DNA of 63,876 nt, the filler included, from Lophium mytilinum (lineage: Eukaryota), in assembly GCA_010093605.1 (NCBI GenBank). It is 17 parts of 12 records of this genome, joined end to end, with 100 filler letters (N's around TTAATTAATTAA, not from the genome) between each part and the next. Parts side by side here need not be neighbours in the genome. Positions count along the whole stretch, not along the records: positions 5,049 to 24,178 come from MU004205.1; positions 24,279 to 27,803 come from MU004205.1; 15 more parts are not named here. One strand, 5' to 3'. The translations under genes were made by a program, and so were the position numbers. Positions 12,301 through 24,538 of the stretch are shown here, piece by piece; position 1 is the first letter of the stretch, and every line of letters begins with the position of its first letter. Under the pieces are notes generated by a model. The model searched no databases and was not told the origin of the DNA. It saw only the letters and a program-made list of their open reading frames with translations.

Positions 12301-14834
12301 TAGAGAGATTTATTCTATAAAGAGTCCTTTCTTCTAGTTTTCTAGTTATTACTAAACTAATTATCTAATTCTAGCCACCCGGGCTACTAGTCTTATTTCT
12401 CTCTTCTTCTAGTTAATTACTAGGTTGTTTTAGTAGAGCTAATTCTATCCTAGAATTATATCTAGCCCTCTAATATCTATAATATTTATATATAGCGTCT
12501 CTATATAGCTAGCTACTAATAATATTATAGATTAGGTTTTAAGGTTAATTACTCCTTCTCTATACTCCGGTAGTTAGTTATCCGCTAGTTAGACTTTCTT
12601 AGATTTCTATTTCTTTTAGTATAGAAGGCCTTTATTCTCTACCTATCTTAGTAATATAAAGCTCTAGAATACTCCGCTATCTACTAATACTTTCTCTTTA
12701 AGTCCCTTATTAATCTTAAAGTTAATATATAAGTATAACTAGGGCTATATACTATATATATTTCTTAGGAATATTATTACTATATTTTCTAGTAATTTCT
12801 TAGTCTAGTAGCCTACTAGTTTTTTAGATCTATTAGAACCCTAGGCTATAGGTCTACGCTATAGATATAGCATCCAGCACCCTTAAAGTATTCTACTAAG
12901 CGTAAGAGTAGATAGTACTAGTTCTTAGTATTCTATTCTATTATTCTCTTTCCTTCTTAGTAGTGCCTATATCTATTCTTGCACTATATCTAATAGAGTG
13001 CTTAGTATTTATTACTTCTATAGTTATTCTTATTACTAGACTTCTTATCTATAGGGGCGTCTATTAGTTCTACTATAGTCTCTTCTATCTAGTTAAGCTA
13101 GTTTCTAGCGCTAATATTTTTCCAGGCGTTGGGGTTATCTAACTCTTCTAAGCCCTGGTCTTCTAGGGCTTTATTATTAATTATAATAAAATCTTTATCT
13201 ATATTAAGGTTCTTTATTACTTTAGCTAACTCTTTATCTATAAAGATACTAGTAGGTTGTTTTAGCGTTATAGGTTTAACCTTAGTAGAGGGTCTTAGAG
13301 TATCCACCCTTATCTTCTATAATTCTACCTTCTAAGGGAAGTAATTACTTCCTTCCTTAGCCTGGCAATGTATTTAATAGTCGTTATTACAGCACGCTAT
13401 AAAACTTATATTTCTATAGGGTGTTAGTTTCTTTACTACTCTTTACCTATTAGCGTCTATTTATTATAAACTATAGATATTATATTTCTCTAGTTTATAT
13501 ATTATCTATAGTAGCATATTATACTATTATCTCTTCTTATAATAAGCTGCCTATTTCTCTTACGCGTTATATATCTATTCTTCTTCTTTAAGCTTTTACC
13601 TAGTGCAGTACTCTGCGTGCATTCTTTATACCTTAGTATAGGTATCCGTGTACTAGGCCCTAATTTCTCTAAGAAATAGTTTCTCTTTATTATGTCTATT
13701 ATAGTCTATATAGATTTTCTAATATCCTATCTTATACTCTAGTTCTTAGTAGGTTAGCATCCTGCAGATCTAGCACGCCTTGCGCCGGATGCGAGTATTA
13801 ATCTATACTTAGTTAAGTAGGATTTCTATATTTTTTAGTGGCCAGTTCTAGATTATAGTAACTCTAGTATTAGTGCTTATTTCTAGACTACCCTTAAACT
13901 CTCCCGCTAGATAGTCTTATTAGTAGTGGCCGGTCTTACCGCACTATAGGCACGCGTTATTATTATACTATTTCTTAAGCTAGTTCTTATTTAGCCTCTA
14001 AAAGTTAGGCTTAGAGTTTTTCTTCTTTATCTATTTCTTCTTCGGGGCCTATTTACTAACATGGTTTAAATCTATTAGGTCCCTATAGCAATTATTCTAA
14101 GAGTACTTCTATCTCTTCCCTATAGTTACTGCTAGTTTTTACTAGCTCTTCTTTTTTAATATTCTCTTAATGTAGCGGTTATTAATCTAGTTATAGAGTT
14201 TAACTATCTTACTAAGTTTAGTTAGTTAGTTAATACTTATAAACTTATTCTTAATCTTATCTATAAGACCCGCGTAATACTATTTAACTAGGGGGCTCTT
14301 GTCCTAGTTAAGTTGCGCTAAATACTATTAAAACTTAGCCGTGTATTCCGCTACTATTCTAGTCTATTTAAGGTACTAGAGTTTATATATAGCGGTTTAG
14401 GTTGCGTTAGAGTCTCTATAGATATTCCTAATATATTTCTTAAAAGTAGTATAGTTTCTAAAGACTCTTCTAGTATTATTATCTTATTTATCTATAGAAT
14501 TATTAAGGAAATTTTCTATTATTAGGTAGAACTATGCAAGGGCATTACCCTCTAGATGCATGCCTGCTGCTAGAACCTTATCGGGTTCCTTAGAGTATAT
14601 GGCCTAGTTATAGTAAAGGTAAAGTTATATTTCTATAAGAAAGCTATTAAGCTTCCCTTAGGTACTATTATACTTTCTTAGTAAAGGTACCTTAGTTAAC
14701 TAGGCCTAAGCCTGCTACTCCGCCCTTACCTAAAGCTATAATATCGCGGTGTATAGCTCTGCAAGCTATCTATCCTGCTCTACCATGCGCTATACTATAG
14801 TAGGCTAACTAGTTATTCCTAAAGTTATAGATAT
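9330..14834 (-). pseudogene. gag-pol pseudogene of gypsy element
   Basis: Manual translation: gag KYNST*GKLNSFL; knuckle CL*CGKTGH (~13930); protease LVDSG (~12680); RT MPFSLTNAL and VYLDNILVY (~11630); RNase H KADAL and NYNIYNKELL; integrase IDFIIKLP and ITNRDKLF; chromodomain KYLVR*K...NT*KP (~9400). ORF 13098-13307 is a surviving in-frame fragment. Ends approximate. Confidence 0.92.
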
Positions 14835-14889
14835 TACTAAAATAGCTTAACTTATTATACAGGTATTTAATACTTATAGGTACTTAAAG

Positions 14890-15620
14890 TGTTATAAACT
14901 ACCTATTTACCTAAAGATTATACTAAGAGACTTTAGAGGGAGAGTCTAGATAGTTAGGTTTCTACTTACCTGCTAGTTAACTGCGTTATAGGCTAACACG
15001 TAATATAAGGTTTAAGTATAAATAAGTAGAATATTAGAAGGGAGGTAGCTTTAATAGTATTAGAAGTATATAAAGATAGTTAAGATACTTAAGTTATAAT
15101 TAATTGCTATTAAGTTCTATATACTAGATATAATAAGAAGTTAAGTATAAAGAATAAAAGATAATAGAAAATTCTCTAGACTTTTATAGTTATTTAACCT
15201 TTATATAATTTAGTCCTGCTCTCTCTATTCTTTCTAATCTCTATTCTTAATGTAAGATTACTAAGATTATAGAGATTACCCTCTACTCTCCTTAATTTTA
15301 CCCTTAGTATTTATGCTAAGTAAGATCCGGAAGATTAGTTATATAACCTTATATTCTATAACTACTACCTTTTCTAGTTACCTTTCTACTATTCTCTAAA
15401 TACTCTTCTATATATAGATATAGCTAGAACTGCATCTATCTTACTATACTAGGTCTCCTTAGGTTCTAGTACTTTTATCCTAGAACTATACTTATTCTAG
15501 GATGTTTATTCTAGGATAGCCTATATTCTAGTATACTATTAGTCCTAGAATATCTATTCTAGGGCCGTTCTCCTTCTAGGACGCTTATCCTAGGATAGCT
15601 TATATTCTAGGTTTATAATA
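14890..15620 (-). repeat. 5' LTR of gypsy element
   Basis: Starts TGTTATAAAC, matches 7945-8675 and is followed by the TSD TCTAC. Confidence 0.95.
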
Positions 15621-17847
15621 TCTACCTCTACTGGATTAACTTAGTAGTACCCTATTAACCTAGCTATATAATATTAATATAGCTTTATCTTAACCTTATT
15701 TATATCTAAACTAGCTATTCTATTATATTCTAGAATCTAAACTATACTATTTAAGCTATAAAGATATATACTCTAATAGATAAACTATAATTAAACCTAA
15801 AGTAAACTAACTATTATTAGAGAGAAACCTAAACTATATACTAAAGATAGAACTATATTAACCTAGAAAAACCCTACTACTCTCTCTAATATCTCTACTA
15901 TAGTAGATACTATATATCTACTACTCTATATAGTCTAGTATATCTATATTCTCTTTTTTATCTACTATAAAAGTAGAAGGTTCTACCTCTTTAGAAGTAT
16001 AGTATTCTTCTTCTACTATATCTATATCCTCTTTAGAACTAGAACTTTTAGAATCTTCTTCTTTAATAGAAGAATTATAGGAATAGTAGTTTTATTCTCC
16101 TATATACTTTCTAAGAATAGTTAGTTAAACTCTAATTAAGTTATATATACTAAACTTACTTAGATAATCTAATAGTTAGATTCTTAAATCCTTAAAATTC
16201 CCTAGATAAATTCTTACTATCTCTTAGCTACTTCTTATAGTTAATACTTCCTTTATATACTTTAGTAAAAAAGAAAGTATTTCCCTTAGAATAGCTAATT
16301 ATAAGGTAGAAATCTTTAAGCTGGAACTTTCTACCTAGATTAATAAGGTAGCTAGTAAGACTATCTAGCTTATTCTTATTAACTAGAAACTCTAAGTAGC
16401 CTATAGTAATAGGGCTATCTTTTACTTTAATATTATAGACTTCTTTTTCTAGGCTAGTAGTAGTAGTAATAGTATAGTCTTTAAGTACCCTAGTTATAAA
16501 GAATCTAGCTCTAGAAAGGCTAGAAAACTTATAATCTAGATTCTTCTTATAGCCTTTAGTAGAAGATCTAGAAGAATAGCGTTAGGAGTTATAGTAAGGC
16601 ATAGCTATTTAGTATTATTAGTTAGAATTTATCTTTTTAGTAGATATAGCTTCTTACCTATAGATTCTACTTTCTATCTAGNNNNNNNNNNNNNNNNNNN
16701 NNNNNNNNNNNNNNNNNNNNNNNNNNNNNNNNNNNNNNNNNNNNNNNNNNNNNNNNNNNNNNNNNNNNNNNNNNNNNNNNNNNNNNNNNNNNNNNNNNNN
16801 NNNNNNNNNNNNNNNNNNNNNNNNNNNNNNNNNNNNNNNNNNNNNNNNNNNNNNNNNNNNNNNNNNNNNNNNNNNNNNNNNNNNNNNNNNNNNNNNNNNN
16901 NNNNNNNNNNNNNNNNNNNNNNNNNNNNNNNNNNNNNNNNNTAGTAGTATCTAATCTAGATAGTATATAGTAGATATAGTTTTTAACTATAAAATAGAGT
17001 TTTTAACTACTCTAGTATATAGTAGATATATTAGTTTAATAGTAGCTATAGTATTTAACTAGAGTATTATAGTTATAATAGTATTAAAAACTAGTTTATT
17101 AATAGTAGTATTAATATATTAATTAAGCTTTAATAGTTTACTATACTTTTTAATATTCTACTTAGGTTATTAACCTAGGTTTTTAACTACTAACTAGATA
17201 TACGCTAACTACTAGCTTACTTTAACTTAGGTATAAAATAACCTTCTATCTCCTTCTAATTCTCTTTTCTTTTCTTACCCTTTACTCTACTAGTATTACT
17301 TAGCTACTTATTTAAGCTTATACTATTATCTATCTACTATCCTAAGCTAACGCTAGCTTACTCTTTTATACTTTAACTACCTATCTATCTACTATCTACT
17401 ACTACTTAAACTTCTATTCCTTTTACTTTTAAAGTAAGTAAGTTACTATAATAGATTTTTATTTATACTAACTAGAATATAGCTTTAAAATCTAAACTCT
17501 AAAAAAAACCTTTTAGCTAAGTTCTTTTTATAACGCTTTTATTCTATCTAACGTTCTACTTTTATTCTAACTCTAGTAACTCTTTTTTCTTATCTAACTC
17601 TTTAGCTTAAACTCTCTATCTAGGTAATACCTCTTTTTTATCTAACTTTATAGGGTTTCTATAACGCTTCTATTCTATCTAACTATCTAGCTTTACTTTT
17701 TACCTTCTAACTCTATTTACTCTATCTATCTATCTAGCTACCTTCTTATACTTTAGTAATTTTTCTATAGTAAGTTATTTCTTTAGATTCTTTCTTATAC
17801 TCTTTAGTATTAAGCTAATATATATTTAGAATAGCTAAACCTTTAAA

Positions 17848-20800
17848 ATAGACGCATTACTATCTAATAGTAAAATTAATACTACAGAAGTTATAGACCT
17901 AGTCTATAATTTAGAATATAATCTAGAATATAAGATTATAATCTATAAAAGTTGTAATATAGTTCTAAATCCCTTAGCTAATATTAAAGAATATTTAAAC
18001 TATAAGTATAATATTACTTCTTCTACTACTTCTAATATAGATAATCTATATAAAGACTTAAAAGACTTAGAAATTTCTAATAAAGAGGATATTTCTATAC
18101 CTCCTAATTATAGTATTTACTTTACTAGCCTACCTATAGTAGAAGGATTTAAGTGTACTATTAAAAAGAATAGTAATTTACCCGAATGCGGCTTTCTTAC
18201 TAGTAGTGAGAAAGTACTACGTATACACTTTAATAAAACGCATAATCTTAATAATATCTATAAGAATATAGATTTTAATCTAATAGAAGAGTCTAATATA
18301 TTAATGCAAACATTCTTTACTAATAATAGAAATATTAGATACTTTATTAGTAGTCTATCTAGACCAGTTGCTATAGATCGGCTATTAGAAAGTAATAATA
18401 CTCTAGAAGACTCTTCTACTTCTAATAACTTAAATACTATAAGAGAGTATCTAGATAACTATAATAGAGAAGAAGAAGAAAGAAATAGAGATAGTATACT
18501 TAACTTTAATAATCTAGAAACTAGAGATCTTAATCCTATTTATAAAAAGCTACACTAGCATAAATATCTAGATGGCCTTAATATTCCTAGCTTAATAGAA
18601 ACAGTTACTAAGAATATTCCGCCTACTACTAAAGAAGAAGAAGATAAAGATATCTGCTATTTTATCTATAAAGAAGTAATAGAATTATGTAAATACTCTA
18701 GTACTTTAATAGATAGCTATAGTAGAGAGATTTTATTCCATATTAATACAGAAAATCTAGATCCTAATAGAAAGGCTATACAAGAGTTTAAACCTTTAGA
18801 AAAAAGTTCTGCTAGGCGGTATTATCCTATATTTACTAATTTAATTATCTATCTTATTAAGTTTATAGATAATAAACTAGTAGATAAATATAAATACCCT
18901 ATTATAGAAAAGGGTACTACTAAGCTATTAGTTACTATTAAGGATTACGCTAAATACTATAGAGAAGACCCAACTAATCTAACCCTAAAAAGTAACTTCT
19001 ATCTTCTAATACTATATCTACTTCCTAAGTTATTAAAACAATCTACTAAGCAAATTAGATTAGGAGAAGAGTCTATATTTAATAGCCCAGTTATTACTTA
19101 TCTAATTATTATTAGCCTAGACCCTAAAGATAATACTCTTAAGGGGTCTAGTTCTATACAGCAGTACTATAGCTATCTTATTTATAATTTTAGACTATTA
19201 AGCTTAGGATACTTCCACTTTAAAGGATTAAAAGAAGAAGCAGAAGAAAACTCCTTTAACTTAGACTTAGCTTTTAATTCTTACTATAGTACTTATTTAA
19301 CTAATAAGTCTAATAACTTCTTTAGCGAGCTTTGTACTAGTAGGGCTTTTACTAAAGCTATTACCCTAAGTATACCTGCTAAGAATAGAATAGTAGATAT
19401 TAATCCTAGTACTATTGCAGTAGATAATAAAGAAGTATCTATACCTATGCTAGCTAGTTCTTTTAATTCTATTTTAGATAATTTAGAAGATATACTATTT
19501 AGGCAGCTAATAGAAATAACCCCTAGTTTATTAATGTTAGATGTAAATCTAATTAAAGATAATATACATAATAAATCCAAAGGATTCTACTTTTATAAAC
19601 TAAGTTCTTCTAACTATAATATTAGTAGATTTAAGAATTACTTAGCTACAGTATTACTAGGACAGAATAATAACTTTTCTACTAAGTACTTAGCTAGTTT
19701 TAATAAACAAACTAAAGAAGTTAAATTTAAGAAAGAAATAGATAACTGGCTTAATTATAGATTAAACTTTATAGACTTATTAAGTTTAGCTATTTACTTA
19801 TTAGCTGGTAGCCCTATTAGGGGAACTGAAGTAGAACAGATTAAATACTATAATAGTAATAAATTAGGAGATAGAAATCTCTATATAGATAATACTTCAG
19901 GCCTATTTAGAGTAGAAACTACTTATTCTAAAGGCGGTAGTATTACTAGCTTAGATAATAGTACTATTAGATTTCTAAGTCCTAGGCTTTCTAATATTCT
20001 AAAGATATATCTACTAATAGTAATACCTTTTTATAAGTATATTAGTAATAAACATCTAGGTATACCTAGAATAAGCCCTTACTTATTAGAGCATAATAAT
20101 ATCCGCATTACTAGTAATAGAATAAGTACTCTTTTAGGTATTAGAACCTTTAAAGATATAGGGGTTTCTATTACTTTAAATCCTTATAGGCAGGTTATTA
20201 AGTATATTCTTAAAACTAGACTAGGAATAGATTCTAATAATATAGAAGAAGAGGAAGAGCAAATAGAAGATATTACTAGTAACCACCGAACTTTTACTAC
20301 AGCTATAAATTATGGCCGAGAGTATAATCTATTTATTAATAGAAATAGCTTAATAGAAAAGCAATCTATAGATTTTAATACTAAATTCTTTAAGTATTTT
20401 AAGCTAGATAACCCACACTTTAACTATAGTAAACTAAGTACTACTCTTATTATATCTCCTAAGAAAGGTAGAGCTAGGTCGACTAGTAGTATAGATATAG
20501 GTTATAAGAAAGTAAAACCTACTATATATAATATAGAAGAAGAAGAAGAAGAAGAATTAGAAGAATCTAATATACTATATAATAGCCCTACTCCTATTAA
20601 CTCTAGTAGTAATACTAAACCTTTAAACTTAAGCCAGCCTAGTAATAATAAGCAAGCTTATAACTTAAATAGATTAAGCCAATCTAATAGTAGTTTTAGC
20701 CTAGAATCTACTCCTCCTATTTTAAAAAGTAATTCTAGCTCTAGTACTATTCCTTTTAGTAGTTCTACTAAACTTTCTACTAGTAAAAAACTAAAGATAG

Positions 20801-22565
20801 TACAAGAGAATATTAAGTTAAGAAAGCTAGCTTTAAATACTAGCTTTACTAGTAGTAATTCTCTAGAAGTATAGATAACTAAGCTATTTAAAAACCCGAA
20901 TGCTAAATTTAGAAGTGCTAAGTAAAAGGAAGTTATAGAGAATATTATAAATAAGGTTCCTTTTATTACTTATATTAGTAGTATAGGATCTGGTAAAAGT
21001 CTACTATTTAATCTACCTAGCTATATTTATCCTAATAGAAAGTATATAGTAGTAGCTTCTAGAATTAGCTTAGTAGAAGATTTAAATAAGTACGCATTAG
21101 AATTAGGGCTTAATAGTACTATTTGGACTCCTACTACTAATATAGATGCTAATCTTATATTTATTAGTATAGAGAATATAGTATTAGAAGAATTTAAAGG
21201 CTATATCTATAATCTTAAAGCTAATAACTTTAGTACTACTCTATTTTTTAATGAAGCCCATCTATTAGTATACGAAGTAGATTTTAGGCAAAAACTAAAT
21301 AAAATAGATAATNNNNNNNNNNNNNNNNNNNNNNNNNNNNNNNNNNNNNNNNNNNNNNNNNNNNNNNNNNNNNNNNNNNNNNNNNNNNNNNNNNNNNNNN
21401 NNNNNNNNNNNNNNNNNNNNNNNNNNNNNNNNNNNNNNNNNNNNNNNNNNNNNNNNNNNNNNNNNNNNNNNNNNNNNNNNNNNNNNNNNNNNNNNNNNNN
21501 NNNNNNNNNNNNNNNNNNNNNNNNNNNNNNNNNNNNNNNNNNNNNNNNNNNNNNNNNNNNNNNNNNNNNNNNNNNNNNNNNNNNNNNNNNNNNNNNNNNN
21601 NNNNNNNNNNNNNNNNNNNNNNNNNNNNNNNNNNNNNNNNNNAAAAACCTTTAGAAGAAATTACTATAAATACTAATAGCTTTACTACTTTAGAAGAAGC
21701 TAAAAAAATAGACTAGTTTAAAGTACAACAGTTTCTATATAGTAAAAGCTGTTCCCGAATAGTATTAGAAGAATTTCTTAATAATAAAGTTATAGCAAGC
21801 TGTTCTACTCTAGGAATAGAAGATATAGTTAAATGCCAGCTTTATATAGATAAAGAAAATATATTAATTAAAACTAAAGAGAAATATATAGAACAGGTAA
21901 TAGTAAGTAAAAGTAGTACTAATAAACTACTAGAAAAGTTAGAATATCTTAAGAATAGAATATGCCTAAACTATATTATAAGTAAAGATTTAGATTCTAG
22001 GCCGGTATTTAACTATAGTTATACTACTTGCCCTTACTCTAAAACCGACTTAGATACTACAGTTAAAGGTACTGCATTAGTTATTAGAAGAGACCGCCTA
22101 ATGCCTAATAATATTAGCTATCTAGGGTGCTTTATTCCTAATAATATATGCTCTAATAAAGGAGATAGAAGAAAAGCCTGCGCATATAAAGATCTATTTT
22201 CTAGATTTATAGTATTAATACACTTTATTATTAGGCATGGCCTATATACTAAGTTTAGTTATAGCGCTAAATTATATAATACTAAAAAACTAAATAAATT
22301 TAGTAGTTATCTAGATTTATTAGATTCTATTACTGCTAAACTATGCAGTTTAGTTAAAGTAGATAGTAAAGATAGTATTATAGGATACTAGGTTCTATTA
22401 ACTATAGATTTCTAAGATCTAGAACGTATTCTTAAGTACGGCCCTAGTAGCCAAGATCCTCTAATAGCTAAATTAGATAGAGTAGATTTAATGTCTAGTT
22501 TAACTAATAAAGAAAAAGAAGAAGAAGAGATAGAAGAAGAAGAAGAATATAACTTAGCGGACTAA
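17848..22565 (+). pseudogene. Telomere-linked-helicase-like fusion gene: DUF3505-like Zn fingers + tyrosine-recombinase-like domain + RecQ helicase + Cys-rich tail
   Basis: One reading frame from 17848 to the gap at 21312 with only three stops (18556, 20872, 20923), all RIP-type. Motifs: EYKIIIYKSC, LPIVEGFKC..C..H..H, MQTFF..RYF; GSPIRGTE, TYSKG, PYRQ, SNH..AINYGR; FRSAK*KE, GSGKS, FNEAH. After the gap: CSR..C..C RecQ zinc region and further CxxC motifs. Includes listed ORFs 18304, 19447 and 22101. Confidence 0.85.
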
Positions 22566-23279
22566 ATTAAAGGTTAGGAGTTCTAGTTAAACTAATACTT
22601 ATTTCTTTCTATTAGATAGGCTAGTACTCTTTCTAATATTCTATTAAAAAAGCTAATATCTTTAGTAGTCTAAACCTATAAAAGTACTAACTATAAGTAT
22701 TTCTATTTAGCTATTCTAATAATCTATTTCTTTTCTCTAATTCTAATCTACCTAGTCTACTATAAAAAACTACTTTTTTCTAACTCTAATCTATAAAACC
22801 CTATAAAAAAGTATTTTTTTCTAAGTACTTCTTATTTCTTTTAGTAATTTCTATTAGTTAGATATATTCTTTTAGTTTTAGGGTAGTTAGAGTTTAGGGT
22901 TTATACTTTTCTAATAATTCTATATAGTTTCTAAAATATATTTTTAAACTAGAGCTTAAACTCTCTTAACTAATATACTACAACCTTTTTTTCTTTATTT
23001 TCTAATTCTAGATAATCTAAATAATCTTATATTAAATCCCCTTATAAGAATAGTAGTTTAATCCTTTATAAACTTTTAAAAAAATAGCTAGAGTTAAGTT
23101 TTCTATAGAAAATATTTATATAGTATAATTCTTTACTACTTTTAAGTTAGTACTTTTAATATTTTAGACTAATATAACTCTTTTTACTAACTTTCTAGTA
23201 TAATATATTCTATACTACTTATAAGTAGATAGTATATCTAAAAACTAATCTAATTATACTTAGGCTTTAAAAGGTAGAA

Positions 23280-24178
23280 ATAAGTTAAAGGTAATAAACC
23301 CTAAGTAGTAATAAACTAGAGATAATAAAGCCTAGGTATAAAAGGTTAAGTAGTAACTAAGTAGTAATAAACTCTAAGTAGTAAAGCCTAAGTAGTAGTA
23401 ACTAAGTAGTAAAGCCTAAGTAGTAGTAGCTAAGTAGTAATAAACTTAAAGTAATAAAGCCTAAAAACTAAGAGCTAAATAGTAATACTATAGTAGTAAT
23501 TAAAAAGTAGTAATATACTAGAAGTAATAAAGCTTCCTAAGTAATAAAGTTATAGAAATAGACTAGAGGTAACTAAGTTTAAATAGTATTAGCTAAGTAG
23601 TAATAAAGAAGTAGTAATATACTAGAAGTAATAAAGCTTAAATAGTAATAGAGTAGTAGAATTTTACTAGAAATAATATAGTCTAAGTAATAATAACTAA
23701 GTAGTAATAAGAAAGTAGTAGTAGAGTAGTAGTAATAAAGTAGAAGTAATAAAGAAGTAGTACTTAAAAGCTTAAAATAAAGAAGTAGTAATAAAGTAGA
23801 AGTAATAGGGTCTAATAGTACTAGAGAAAAAGTAATAAAGCCTAAATAGTAATAGAGATAAAGTAATAAACTAGAGATACTCTAGTCTAGATAGTAATAA
23901 AGAAGTAGTAATAGAGATATAGTAATAAACTAGAAGTAATAAAGTCTAAATAGTAATAAAGAAATAGTATTAAAGAAAAAGTAACTAACTAGAGGTAATA
24001 AAGTCTAAGTAGTAATAACTAAGTAGTAATAGCTAAGTAGTAATAGAGTAGTAGAAATAAACTAGAAGTAGTAACGCCTAAGTAGTAATAAACTAGAGGT
24101 AATAAAGCCTAAGTAGTAATAACTAAGTAGTAAAAGCTAAGGAGTAATAGAGTAGTAGAAATAAAATAGAAGTAGTAA
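23280..24178. repeat. Degenerate minisatellite built on AAGTAGTAA(T) units
   Basis: Dozens of variants such as AAGTAGTAATAAA, CTAAGTAGTAA and CTAGAAGTAAT, strongly purine-biased on the + strand. Confidence 0.85.
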
Positions 24179-24278
24179 NNNNNNNNNNNNNNNNNNNNNN
24201 NNNNNNNNNNNNNNNNNNNNNNTTAATTAATTAANNNNNNNNNNNNNNNNNNNNNNNNNNNNNNNNNNNNNNNNNNNN

Positions 24279-24455
24279 AGTAGTAAAGATTAATACTAGT
24301 AGTAAAGATTAATACTAGTAGTAAAGATTAATACTGCATTAATTAGTACCGTAGTAGTATAGATTAATACTAGTAGTAAAGATTAATACCGCATTAATTA
24401 ATACTAGTAGTAAAGAAATACCGCATTAATTAATACCGGTAGTAAAGATTAATTA
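24279..24455. repeat. Tandem ~19-bp repeat AGTAGTAAAGATTAATACT and variants
   Basis: Three near-perfect copies followed by degenerate copies interleaved with CCGCATTAATTA. Confidence 0.85.
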
Positions 24456-24487
24456 GTTAGTTTAGATTAGGTGGGTGGAATAACCCG

Positions 24488-24538
24488 TTAGTTAGGGTTA
24501 GTTTATTATAGGGGCTAGAGGGTTAGGGTTAGGTAGGG
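24488..24538 (+). repeat. Short telomere-like (TTAGGG) remnants
   Basis: GTTAGGGTTAG and GGGTTAGGGTTAGGTAGGG; only a few units. Confidence 0.4.

Larger units (their letters stand above)
7945..15620 (-). mobile_element. Full-length Ty3/gypsy (chromovirus) LTR retrotransposon, RIP-inactivated
   Basis: Two 731-bp direct repeats with T(G/A)TTATAAAC...GTTTATAA(C/T)A ends. 5-bp TSD TCTAC at 7940-7944 and 15621-15625. Minus-strand domain order gag, zinc knuckle, protease, RT, RNase H, integrase, chromodomain. Confidence 0.96.

Noticed and set aside
13129..13335. 68-aa + strand ORF
   Set aside because: Shadow of the minus-strand gag-pol frame.
19293..19580. 95-aa minus-strand ORF
   Set aside because: Antisense shadow of the YR-helicase gene; no motifs.
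19447..20874. Calling the 475-aa ORF a standalone gene or a Starship DUF3435 captain
   Set aside because: It is an internal piece of a longer frame fused to DUF3505-like and RecQ domains, and I saw no Starship-type boundary.
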